Shown: positions 1 through 6,859 of the stretch, one piece after another
Layout of the letters: every line of letters starts with the position of its first letter
Numbering within the stretch: position 1 is the stretch's first letter
NCBI GenBank assembly: GCA_049589355.1
Contig: JBAWAP010000138.1
Span: 1-20,633 of the forward strand
DNA: 20,633 bases
From: Anaerolineae bacterium
Lineage (GTDB): Bacteria; Chloroflexota; Anaerolineae; VGOG01
Direction of reading: 5' to 3'
Notes under the pieces: generated by a model
The model's database searches: none
Told to the model about the DNA's origin: nothing
What the model saw: only the letters and a program-made list of their open reading frames with translations
Program-made: the position numbers and the translations under genes

Positions 1-241
1 GGGAGAGGCATCCCGCAGCGATGAGCAACTGCCCTGGCCTCTTGGCCTCGGCCAGCTCCCGCAAGGCACCAAACGACTCCTCCTTGGCGATGTCAATGAA
101 TCCGCAGGTGTTGACGATGAGAGCCTCCGCTGAGGTCGGATCTTCAGTGGGAGCATAGCCAGCCCGTTGAAGCAGCCGGCTCATCCCTTCGGAGTCTACG
201 GTGTTCTTGCAACAGCCTAACGAAAGCAAGTAGTAGCGCAT
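1..241 (-). CDS. rimO: Radical-SAM methylthiotransferase (RimO/MiaB family), N-terminal MTTase domain only; the gene runs off the 5' edge of the window
   Basis: Minus-strand translation from ATG (241-239) gives MRYYLLSLGCCKNTVDSEGMSRLLQRAGYAPTEDPTSAEALIVNTCGFIDIAKEESFGALRELAEAKRPGQLLIAAGCL... The SLGCxKNxVDSE and NTCGFI motifs are the conserved N-terminal Cys-bearing MTTase signature, and the RimO-like 'SLGC.KN.VDSE' fits S12 methylthiotransferase. Truncated at the window edge, so absent from the ORF track. Confidence 0.6.
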   Translation of the reverse strand, partial: MRYYLLSLGCCKNTVDSEGMSRLLQRAGYAPTEDPTSAEALIVNTCGFIDIAKEESFGALRELAEAKRPGQLLIAAGCLS

Positions 242-264
242 CTCATTTCGATCTACTCCGGGTT

Positions 265-1038
265 TTATGAGGCAGAGGAACTCGGGGGAACTCGGAGGAA
301 CTCAGGGAATTCTTCTGGAGAGCTGTGAGTAGTTACGGCACTTCTCTCACATTCCCCTGCAACGGGGCAGGTGGCGCATTTCTCTCGGCGGCAGTAGTCC
401 TTACCCAACCTCACCAGCGCGGATTCGAAATCGGCGAAGCTCCAGCCCGGCAAGGCCTGCCTTTTCCACACCGACCTGAGCTCGCTCAAGACCTCCCTTC
501 GTTCGTCCGCTTGAATGAGCCCCAGATTCCGGGCCGTCATCACCGCCAGGTCCTGGGGCAGTGGGTCGGCCTTCTCCCAGACATCGCGCAGTTCCCTCAG
601 GAAGATGTTCACCGTCACCGGGCCGATGCCCCTGCCTAGCCCCATCAGCTTCTGCTCCAGGTCGTGGGGGCTTTGCGCCTGAGCGTGCAGCACGTTCAGG
701 TCGCCGTCGAACCTTTCTTTCAGGGCCGCCATGACCTCCAGCAGCTTGGTGGCGGTCTTGAAGTCGTAGCGGACGTAGCCTCCCAGGTCCAGGAACAGAA
801 CCAGACCATCCCACCCGGCCTTCAGGATCCGATCCGGGCTCAACACCCCGTTCCTCTCGAACTCTCGGTAGGTGTTGTTAGCGATGGTCTCCGAGATCCT
901 GGCCCCGTAGAGGATGGAGGCCAGGAACCACTTGAAGACCTCCTGTGAATCCCCCTGGTCAAGGTGGATCCCCAGGGCGACCGAGAACCGTCCTCCCATC
1001 CTGTCCAGAAGTGCTCTGATCAACTCCTTCTCATCCAT
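265..1038 (-). CDS. HhH-GPD superfamily base-excision DNA glycosylase (endonuclease III / 8-oxoG-glycosylase-like) with a C-terminal Cys cluster
   Basis: 257-aa ORF. It has a helix-hairpin-helix plus Gly/Pro loop (LMGLGRGIGPVTVNIFLRELR) followed by acidic residues (EKADPLPQD), and the C-terminus has CRREKCATCPVAGEC (C-x4-C-x2-C-x5-C), reminiscent of the EndoIII [4Fe-4S] loop. ATG at 1038-1036. Confidence 0.6.
   Translation of the reverse strand: MDEKELIRALLDRMGGRFSVALGIHLDQGDSQEVFKWFLASILYGARISETIANNTYREFERNGVLSPDRILKAGWDGLVLFLDLGGYVRYDFKTATKLLEVMAALKERFDGDLNVLHAQAQSPHDLEQKLMGLGRGIGPVTVNIFLRELRDVWEKADPLPQDLAVMTARNLGLIQADERREVLSELRSVWKRQALPGWSFADFESALVRLGKDYCRREKCATCPVAGECERSAVTTHSSPEEFPEFLRVPPSSSAS
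278..307. repeat. Three tandem 10-bp units (ggaactcggg / ggaactcgga / ggaactcagg) inside the 3' end of the glycosylase ORF
   Basis: Direct reading of 278-307. On the coding (minus) strand this encodes the EFPEFLRVPPSS tail that follows the Cys cluster. Confidence 0.8.
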
Positions 1039-1079
1039 AACTCGCCCTTGCCGAACTGTCTGTCAACCAATGCCTAGCG

Positions 1080-1116
1080 GATTAACGGATACGTCCGCCG
1101 CGCCTATCCGTTAATC
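1080..1116. promoter_or_regulatory. Perfect 12-bp inverted repeat gattaacggata-N13-tatccgttaatc between the end of the rodZ-like gene and the start of the glycosylase gene (candidate operator or transcript-end hairpin)
   Basis: Seen directly: 1080-1091 is the reverse complement of 1105-1116, with a GC-rich 13-nt spacer. No U-tract follows on the minus strand, so an operator or stability hairpin is more likely than a classical intrinsic terminator. Confidence 0.35.
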
Positions 1117-1153
1117 TGTTACCACATCCGTTGACCAATCTCATCTTCAACGC

Positions 1154-2128
1154 TTAGGGAGCGGCAGTGGGTGTGATCGTGGGAGTTGCTGTAGCCTCAG
1201 GTGGGGTGGGCGTGGGGGTGACTCCCTCCACGAACCATTCCACGTCCACCACCTTGCCCCTTTCCCCCAGGAGGCCCAAGGGTTCGCCGTTGACGGTGGC
1301 TTCCACACCACCGGCGTTGCCACAGCGCAAGGCGATACTCTCTCGCCCGCGCCAGGTATGCGTTGTGCCTTCCTCCAGGGAGCCCGCGAAAACCTCTTGC
1401 CCATCCACGACAACCCGCAGCCAGGAATACTCGACGATTCTCAGCTCGACCTCCACGCCAGCGGAAACCCTGGGCGTGAGGGTGCCGGTGGGCGCACTGG
1501 TTCTGGTGGGAACGCTGGTGGGGGTGGAGGTGGAGGTAGGCGAGACGACGACTGCGACGGTGGGCATGGCAGTAGATGTGGCAGTGGGCATTTCGATGGG
1601 CATGGCGGTAGGCATCGTAGTGGGCGTCGCTGTCGAGGTGGCCGGGGGCAGTATGATTTCTTCGGAGGTGGTGACAGTAGGCGATGGGGTGGCGGTGGCA
1701 ATGGCTCGCCCTGATGACAACCGGGCCCTAACTATAGGGGGAAGGTAGTGCCAGGCGGCCCAAGACCCAAAGGCTAGGAGCGCCACGATGAGCAGGGCGC
1801 CAATCACTAGGTCGGGCGTCAGCCAGGAGGGCGCGGCCAGGGAGATGTCCATCGGCTCGAAGAAGCCAGGCTTTGCCGAAGCTGCCTTGCCCTTGACGTC
1901 TCGTCCTTCGTAAAGGGCTAGCACCTCTTCGGGGTCGAGCCCCAGATACAAAGCGTAGTTGCGCAGAAACCCTTTGACGTAAGCTTCCGCAGGCAAGGCC
2001 GTGTAGTCTTCCTCCTCCAGGGCCTTAAGAAACTTCTGCCGTATTCGCGTGGCCTCTTCGACCTGCTCCAGGGAGACCCCCTTTTGTTGGCGCGCCTCCT
2101 GTAGCAACTGACCAACATCGCCCATCAC
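1154..2128 (-). CDS. rodZ: RodZ-like cytoskeletal protein: N-terminal XRE-type HTH, one TM helix, Pro/Thr/Ala-rich linker, C-terminal DUF4115-like beta domain
   Basis: N-terminus (M)MGDVGQLLQEARQQKGVSLEQVEEATRIRQKFLKALEEEDYTALPAEAYVKGFLRNYALYLGLD is the RodZ/HTH_25 signature. A hydrophobic segment (LVIGALLIVALLAFGSWAAW) is followed by a long PT-rich low-complexity linker and a C-terminal beta-rich domain. AGGAGG RBS sits 8 nt upstream of the ATG at 2125; a GTG at 2128 is the alternative start. Confidence 0.7.
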   Translation of the reverse strand: MMGDVGQLLQEARQQKGVSLEQVEEATRIRQKFLKALEEEDYTALPAEAYVKGFLRNYALYLGLDPEEVLALYEGRDVKGKAASAKPGFFEPMDISLAAPSWLTPDLVIGALLIVALLAFGSWAAWHYLPPIVRARLSSGRAIATATPSPTVTTSEEIILPPATSTATPTTMPTAMPIEMPTATSTAMPTVAVVVSPTSTSTPTSVPTRTSAPTGTLTPRVSAGVEVELRIVEYSWLRVVVDGQEVFAGSLEEGTTHTWRGRESIALRCGNAGGVEATVNGEPLGLLGERGKVVDVEWFVEGVTPTPTPPEATATPTITPTAAP

Positions 2129-2304
2129 TTTCTCCTCCTATGAAGTTACTAGCGAATACAAGTCCGCTAAGCGCTATTATACCTTACTTTGCCTTAATAG
2201 GCAATAATCAGCCTGCAAGCGGTTGGTTGCTGCGGAGCCGATTTGAGCTTTTTGCCATTTTGGTGTATCATTACAATAGACTGAAGATAGAAAGCGGGGA
2301 TGCC

Positions 2305-2754
2305 ATGAAGATATTCTTGACCCAAGATGTGGAGAAACTAGGCAGAGCCGGCGAGATCAAAACAGTAGCCGATGGCTATGCGCGTAACTTCCTGATCCCT
2401 CGGGGTATGGCTATGCTGGCCACGGAAGGCACTATGACACAGGCTAGATTGCAGGGCAAGGCAGAGGCCAAACGTCAACGGCTAGCCGAAGAGGAGGCCG
2501 CGTCCCTGGCTGAGATTCTGTGGCAACTAACGCTGACCTTCAAGGCCAAGGCCGGGGAGAAGAACAGGCTCTATGGTTCTATAACTAGTAGTGACATCGT
2601 GGAGGCCCTTGAGCGCGAGACAGGGCGCGCTTTCGACAAGCGCAAGGTACAGCTCACCGGACCCATCCGCGAATTAGGCGTCCATCAAGTCCCCATTAAG
2701 CTGATGACCGATGTGACTCCTGAGATCACAGTGGTCGTTGAGCGAGAGGAATAG
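2305..2754 (+). CDS. rplI: 50S ribosomal protein L9
   Basis: MKIFLTQDVEKLGRAGEIKTVADGYARNFLIPRGMAMLATEG... matches the conserved L9 N-domain (DV..LG..G....V..GYARN.L.P.G.A..AT). The true start is the internal ATG at 2305 (RBS gcgggga). The upstream part of the 2140 ORF is not L9. Confidence 0.9.
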   Translation: MKIFLTQDVEKLGRAGEIKTVADGYARNFLIPRGMAMLATEGTMTQARLQGKAEAKRQRLAEEEAASLAEILWQLTLTFKAKAGEKNRLYGSITSSDIVEALERETGRAFDKRKVQLTGPIRELGVHQVPIKLMTDVTPEITVVVEREE

Positions 2755-2772
2755 CCAGGAGGAAGAGTAGCG

Positions 2773-3132
2773 ATGGCAAACGAGTCGGACGAAGGCTACA
2801 ACAAGCATGAGCTCATCAAGCATTTGATAGCTAGCATCCCTTGCGCTATTTGCCAGCACCACTATGAAGCAAGCGACGTCCAGATAGTTGATCATCGCGA
2901 TGAGATCTGGGTCATGGCTGTGAAATGCAACCACTGTGGCACTCAGGGCTTGATCTTCGCCATGATAAAAGGGGGAGAGAAGCCGGAAATCGTCAGCGAG
3001 CTTACAGCCCAGGAGCGGGCCAAGTTCCGCGAGATGCCTCAGATTGATGCCGACGATCTCCTCGATGTCCACGAGTTCCTCAGGGATTTCGAAGGCGATT
3101 TCGTAAGTCTCCTCGAAGACACAACAAGGTAA
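2773..3132 (+). CDS. Hypothetical small zinc-ribbon protein (CxxC-x26-CxxC), probably co-transcribed with rplI
   Basis: 119-aa ORF. GGAGGAAG RBS 6-12 nt upstream. CAICQ...CNHCG pair of Cys dyads. Acidic C-terminus. Confidence 0.5.
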   Translation: MANESDEGYNKHELIKHLIASIPCAICQHHYEASDVQIVDHRDEIWVMAVKCNHCGTQGLIFAMIKGGEKPEIVSELTAQERAKFREMPQIDADDLLDVHEFLRDFEGDFVSLLEDTTR

Positions 3133-3209
3133 CAGTTCGCTATTCCTGCCTCCCTGGCTTTATGATTCAGTTGATAGCACGAGTGCCTCTCAGTGCCTAA
3201 GGCCAAATA

Positions 3210-3244
3210 ACCTCGTCGTGGCAGTACAAGGCGAGGTATTTTTA
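3210..3244 (+). terminator. Weak candidate intrinsic terminator after the 119-aa gene
   Basis: acctcg(3210-3215) ... cgaggt(3232-3237) stem, followed by attttta. The loop is large (16 nt), so the call is weak. Confidence 0.25.
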
Positions 3245-3341
3245 TCTCGGAGAATCATCGGTGGGATGCAGTGTCTCCAGACGTTGTACACGGCTCGCGA
3301 AGTCATAGCCTTATCCTAGCCTCAACGAGGAGGAGCTTCCA

Positions 3342-4907
3342 ATGAAAACGATAAGTCTTGATGGCGAAAGCTTGACCATCGAAGATGTGGTAGCTGTGGC
3401 TAAGAGCTGGGTGGCCCCTGAGGGAATACACGTCAATATTGCTACCAAGGCCCAGGAGAAGATCGAACGAGCCCGGCGGGTCGTGGAGGATTTCATAGAG
3501 CAAGGCGAGATCATCTATGGCGTTACCACTGGGTTTGGCGCTTTCAAAGACAAGATAATCTCGCCGAGTCAGACGGAAGAGCTCCAGCGCAACATGCTCA
3601 TGAGCCACGCTGTGGGGGTGGGCGATCCCTTCGATCAGGCTACAGTGCGGGCCCTAATGCTCATCCGGGCCAATACTCTGGCCAAGGGGCACTCAGGCAT
3701 ACGGTTGGAGACCCTCGAAGCTTTGCTAGCTTTAGTCAACCGAGGGGTACATCCTGTCATCCCTGCCAAGGGTTCCCTGGGTGCTAGTGGTGATTTGGCC
3801 CCCTTAGCTCACATGTCGCTTGTCCTCATCGGCGAGGGAGAGGCCTTCTATCAAGGGGAGAGACTGCCTGGCGCGGAGGCCCTGCGCCGAGCCGGTCTCG
3901 CCCCCATCGAACTGGGGGCTAAGGAGGGCTTGGCTCTGACCAACGGCACAGCGGTGATGACGGCCATTGGTGCTCTGACCACCTGGTGGTCAGAGCGTCT
4001 GAGTCACATCGCCGACATTGCTGGGGCTTTGAGTCTGGAAGCCCTGCACGGCATGCCCTGGGCTTTCGACGAGCGCATCCACGCCGTCCGCCCTCATCGC
4101 CATCAGATAGATTGTGCTGCCTACCTTCGTCGGCTCATCGAAGGAAGCGAATACCTTCGTTCCCACGATTCCTCTCATGTACAGGACGCCTATACCCTCC
4201 GTTGCATCCCTCAGGTACACGGCGCTGTGCGCGCTGCCATCTCCCACGCCCGTCAGGTGATCGAGACAGAGCTGAATTCTGCTACCGATAATCCCCTTCT
4301 TTTCTTCGAAGATGACGGTAAAGCCGCTTGTATCTCAGGGGGCAACTTCCACGGCGAGCCGGTGGCCCTGGTTATGGATTACCTGGCCATAGCCTTGGCC
4401 GAATTGGGCAACATCTCCGAACGGCGTTTGGCCCGGCTCCTGGACGAGACCAGCAACCAGGGCACATTGCCGGCCTTCCTCATCAAGCGAGGGGGCTTGA
4501 ATTCGGGTTTCATGATGACCCAGTATACAGCGGCAGCCTTGGCTTCGGAGAACAAGATCCTGGCCCATCCGGCCAGTGCCGATACCATCCCCACCTCGGC
4601 CAACATCGAGGATCACGTCAGCATGGGATGCACCGCTGCCCGCAAGGCGCGGGAGGTGTTAGAGAACACAGAGAGCATACTGGCGATTGAGCTTTTTGCC
4701 GCCGCCCAGGGCATAGACTTCCGGCGGGAGATGATAGGTGGGGATCCTCACCTCGGAAAAGGGACCACCGTCGCCTACCAGTTGATTCGACAGCGGGTGC
4801 CTTTCCTGGAGCAGGACGCTATCATGTATCCCTACATTGAGACCATGCGTGAACTGGTTAGGAGTGGGGAATTGGTGCAGGCAGTGGATGGGGCGATAGG
4901 GGGATGA
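3342..4907 (+). CDS. hutH: Histidine ammonia-lyase (histidase)
   Basis: 521 aa. The GSLGASGDLAPLAH motif contains the Ala-Ser-Gly triad that forms the MIO prosthetic group. GVTTGFG and NGTAVMTA blocks are typical of HAL/PAL-family lyases. GAGGAGG RBS upstream of the ATG at 3342. Confidence 0.92.
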   Translation: MKTISLDGESLTIEDVVAVAKSWVAPEGIHVNIATKAQEKIERARRVVEDFIEQGEIIYGVTTGFGAFKDKIISPSQTEELQRNMLMSHAVGVGDPFDQATVRALMLIRANTLAKGHSGIRLETLEALLALVNRGVHPVIPAKGSLGASGDLAPLAHMSLVLIGEGEAFYQGERLPGAEALRRAGLAPIELGAKEGLALTNGTAVMTAIGALTTWWSERLSHIADIAGALSLEALHGMPWAFDERIHAVRPHRHQIDCAAYLRRLIEGSEYLRSHDSSHVQDAYTLRCIPQVHGAVRAAISHARQVIETELNSATDNPLLFFEDDGKAACISGGNFHGEPVALVMDYLAIALAELGNISERRLARLLDETSNQGTLPAFLIKRGGLNSGFMMTQYTAAALASENKILAHPASADTIPTSANIEDHVSMGCTAARKAREVLENTESILAIELFAAAQGIDFRREMIGGDPHLGKGTTVAYQLIRQRVPFLEQDAIMYPYIETMRELVRSGELVQAVDGAIGG

Positions 4908-4923
4908 CTGTTCACCTGCTCCC

Positions 4924-4967
4924 GCTGGACTAGAGTCCAGCGAGAGCAGTGGACTAGCGTCCACTGC
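4924..4967. terminator. Two tandem related hairpins (gctggacTAGAgtccagc and gcagtggacTAGCgtccactgc) between convergent hutH and the Cas6-like gene; probable bidirectional transcript-end structures
   Basis: Seen directly: 8-bp and 9-bp perfect stems with ggacTAG loops. The two are imperfect duplicates of one another. No clear U-tracts. Confidence 0.4.
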
Positions 4968-4992
4968 GAGCACAGGGTGAACAAATACATAA

Positions 4993-6000
4993 TCAGCTTA
5001 TCACAAAGGTACCACACCCAAAGTGGGTTTGCTTTCCGATGTGGAGGATAGATGCCAACTCAAGATAAGGGATGATGGGATGGGGGATAGACGGAAAGGT
5101 TTGTGTGCCTATCCAACGCCCTGGCCAAGTCTTGGGGGCCGGCTTGAGCCTTTTATGATGAACGGGAATGCGGGAGGCCTGTTCCATAACAGCCTGGAAG
5201 GATGCCTGTTCCTCCGCGCTCAAAACATCCCACACATCGTCGGGCTTGTGGTGTTTGCCCGGCAATAGTAGACTCATCCGGGCTATCAAGGACTCCAGTA
5301 TACTCTGTAAGGTTGGCACTTGATGAGCAGGTGTTCTATTTCGATCACGTCGTCGGTCAGTTTGGTCTTCATGGCCGGCCAAATCAAAAGGTGTTAGCCA
5401 GGTCAGACGGTCGAATATACGCTCTGGGCCTAAGTCAAAACTCAATCCTTCAGCCCATTGGACGGGGGTCGCGTGATAGCTCAGATCCAGTCGCCCGTCA
5501 CTCACGACAGGCTCCCAACGAGGTCCCCGCGCCACATAAACTGCATGGATGTCGAATCGGCCCCAGAGGACGTTCTGGCGCTGCCATTGCGGATCAGAAA
5601 CACTCCCTGCCTCCTCCAGGGCCGGCAAGATAACTTCTAGAAAAAGTCCATGATCTGCGCTCTCCCCCATCAGTTTGAGTTCCCATAGAATCAGCTCTTC
5701 CTGTCCATAGGTCTGCTTGCCCGGATAAACAAACAGTACCGCTTCAATCGGCCACGATCCTTCTGGCATCGTAGCAGGCTTTTTCTTCCCTAAAAGTGAG
5801 ATTCCACCGTATTCATCCCAGGGGGCCAGGGCTTTGTGCCAGGGACGGGCTTGATGAGTTGGAAGGCGGTTGGCAATCATGGTCCCCAGAACCAAGGAGA
5901 TCTCTGCGGATAGACATCTCGGCAACCGGACCAGCGAGCTATTGACCCGACACGCAAACAGATAACGGATGAGTTTAATAGGTTTGATAAAAGGCCACAT
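4993..6000 (-). CDS. RAMP-like protein with a C-terminal Cas6-type glycine-rich loop (putative Cas6-like RNA endonuclease), last gene of the RAMP island
   Basis: C-terminus ...LASILHIGKQTHFGCGTFVIS* (nt 5014-5046 encode HIGKQTHFGCG). This fits the Cas6 G-rich loop consensus G-h-G-[KR]-x-[TS]-x-h-G-h-G placed about 6 aa from the C-terminus. The start is uncertain: the ATG at 6000 overlaps the stop of the upstream gene by 26 nt (translational coupling) and is preferred over 6063 and 5880; none has a good SD. The 5' part of the gene has visibly lower GC (about 40% at 6001-6060). Confidence 0.45.
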   Translation of the reverse strand: MWPFIKPIKLIRYLFACRVNSSLVRLPRCLSAEISLVLGTMIANRLPTHQARPWHKALAPWDEYGGISLLGKKKPATMPEGSWPIEAVLFVYPGKQTYGQEELILWELKLMGESADHGLFLEVILPALEEAGSVSDPQWQRQNVLWGRFDIHAVYVARGPRWEPVVSDGRLDLSYHATPVQWAEGLSFDLGPERIFDRLTWLTPFDLAGHEDQTDRRRDRNRTPAHQVPTLQSILESLIARMSLLLPGKHHKPDDVWDVLSAEEQASFQAVMEQASRIPVHHKRLKPAPKTWPGRWIGTQTFPSIPHPIIPYLELASILHIGKQTHFGCGTFVIS

Positions 6001-6859
6001 AATCAACAAGCTCGTATAACAATTTGATTCGATTCTTAGGCCACTGTCGAATTCTCCAGGCATTCAGCATATCTTTGGCCTCCTGACTCAAGAACCCCAT
6101 AAATCTTCCCCAGTAAAACTGTTCCTCGCTGGTGTCCTCCAGATTCAGTAACTCGTAGAGCGACTCTTGTTCTGTGGGGCGCAAGATTGTCCGAAAGACC
6201 GCTGCCATTTCTAGCACGCTCAAGAATTCAGAAACTTCAAAGGTGAGCAATCCCTGTTGGTCCCGGGTATGGGGTTTCAGGATCTGATAGGGCGCAGAAT
6301 AGAATCGAACACGCAGTTGATCCATGGGAAACCGTGCCTCATGATGGATAGCTCTGCAGAGGACATCTCCCATACCTATCTTTTTCCCCCCTCCCGCGGT
6401 GGGAAGTACTTGGACAAGCCCCTTCAGGTCAGATCCGTGGTAGATGACGAGCTCCTGTAGCCAAGGCTTTAGCTCGCGTCTGGGCATCATCAGCAGAAAA
6501 TGGTTCTCGTCATGGACATAAGCGCCCAAGACGTGGTGATCATAAAATCCTTCACCCATTCGAAGCAACTTCGACAAGCGATTGACAAAACCCCAGATGA
6601 CGATGGATTGACGGGAGATTCTGCCCAGCTTGCGGGCTCTGGACAGAATGGCCTGGCATGATTGGCAGTAATTCTGCTCCGGGGAAGATAGACGAGGATA
6701 GAGCCAGCATCGTTGGCAAGGGCCGTCAAGAGCAGAAAAAGGCGGCCCGATCTCATCCCCAGTGGGAAAGAGATCGGGCCTGGTGGCAAGATATTCCAAG
6801 GTGGCTAACAACTCGGCGCCGGTTTGAGTACGGCGCAACCAATCAAAGCCGCTTAGCAT
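5975..6859 (-). CDS. Hypothetical protein (294 aa) with an N-terminal CxxC-x13-CxxC zinc-ribbon; translationally coupled to both the upstream multi-RAMP gene and the downstream Cas6-like gene
   Basis: ATG at 6859 overlaps the stop (6843-6845) of the 1073-aa gene by 17 nt, and its own stop (5975-5977) overlaps the candidate start of the next gene. Motif GPCQRCWLYPRLSSPEQNYCQSCQ. No family recognised by eye. Confidence 0.65.
   Translation of the reverse strand: MLSGFDWLRRTQTGAELLATLEYLATRPDLFPTGDEIGPPFSALDGPCQRCWLYPRLSSPEQNYCQSCQAILSRARKLGRISRQSIVIWGFVNRLSKLLRMGEGFYDHHVLGAYVHDENHFLLMMPRRELKPWLQELVIYHGSDLKGLVQVLPTAGGGKKIGMGDVLCRAIHHEARFPMDQLRVRFYSAPYQILKPHTRDQQGLLTFEVSEFLSVLEMAAVFRTILRPTEQESLYELLNLEDTSEEQFYWGRFMGFLSQEAKDMLNAWRIRQWPKNRIKLLYELVDYVAFYQTY

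Noticed and set aside
1167-1748. Plus-strand ORFs (193 aa and 118 aa, Gly/Val-rich) and minus-strand 1441-1701 (Pro-rich) overlapping the rodZ-like gene.
   Set aside because: They are alternative-frame or antisense readings of the GC-rich Pro/Thr/Ala-repeat linker (periodic gggcat / ggtgg units) of the RodZ-like protein. Low-complexity composition, no RBS.
2252-2277. Possible rplI promoter TTGCCA ... TACAAT.
   Set aside because: The spacer is only 14 nt. Alternative -35 candidates are poor. Left uncalled.
2140-2304. N-terminal extension of the rplI ORF starting at 2140 (MKLLANTSPL...).
   Set aside because: The L9 homology begins at the internal ATG at 2305, which has its own RBS. The extension covers the AT-rich divergent promoter region and has no homology.
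3986-4690. ORFs of 85-120 aa on both strands inside hutH (3986-4291 +, 3990-4247 -, 4328-4690 +, 4335-4616 -, 4379-4606 -).
   Set aside because: Out-of-frame or antisense ORFs inside a confidently identified hutH. Arg/Pro/Gly-rich translations are typical of high-GC alternative frames.
5023-5640. Plus-strand ORFs (81, 143 and 60 aa) antisense to the Cas6-like gene.
   Set aside because: Antisense to a longer minus-strand ORF that has coupled overlap with its upstream gene. No RBS or motifs.
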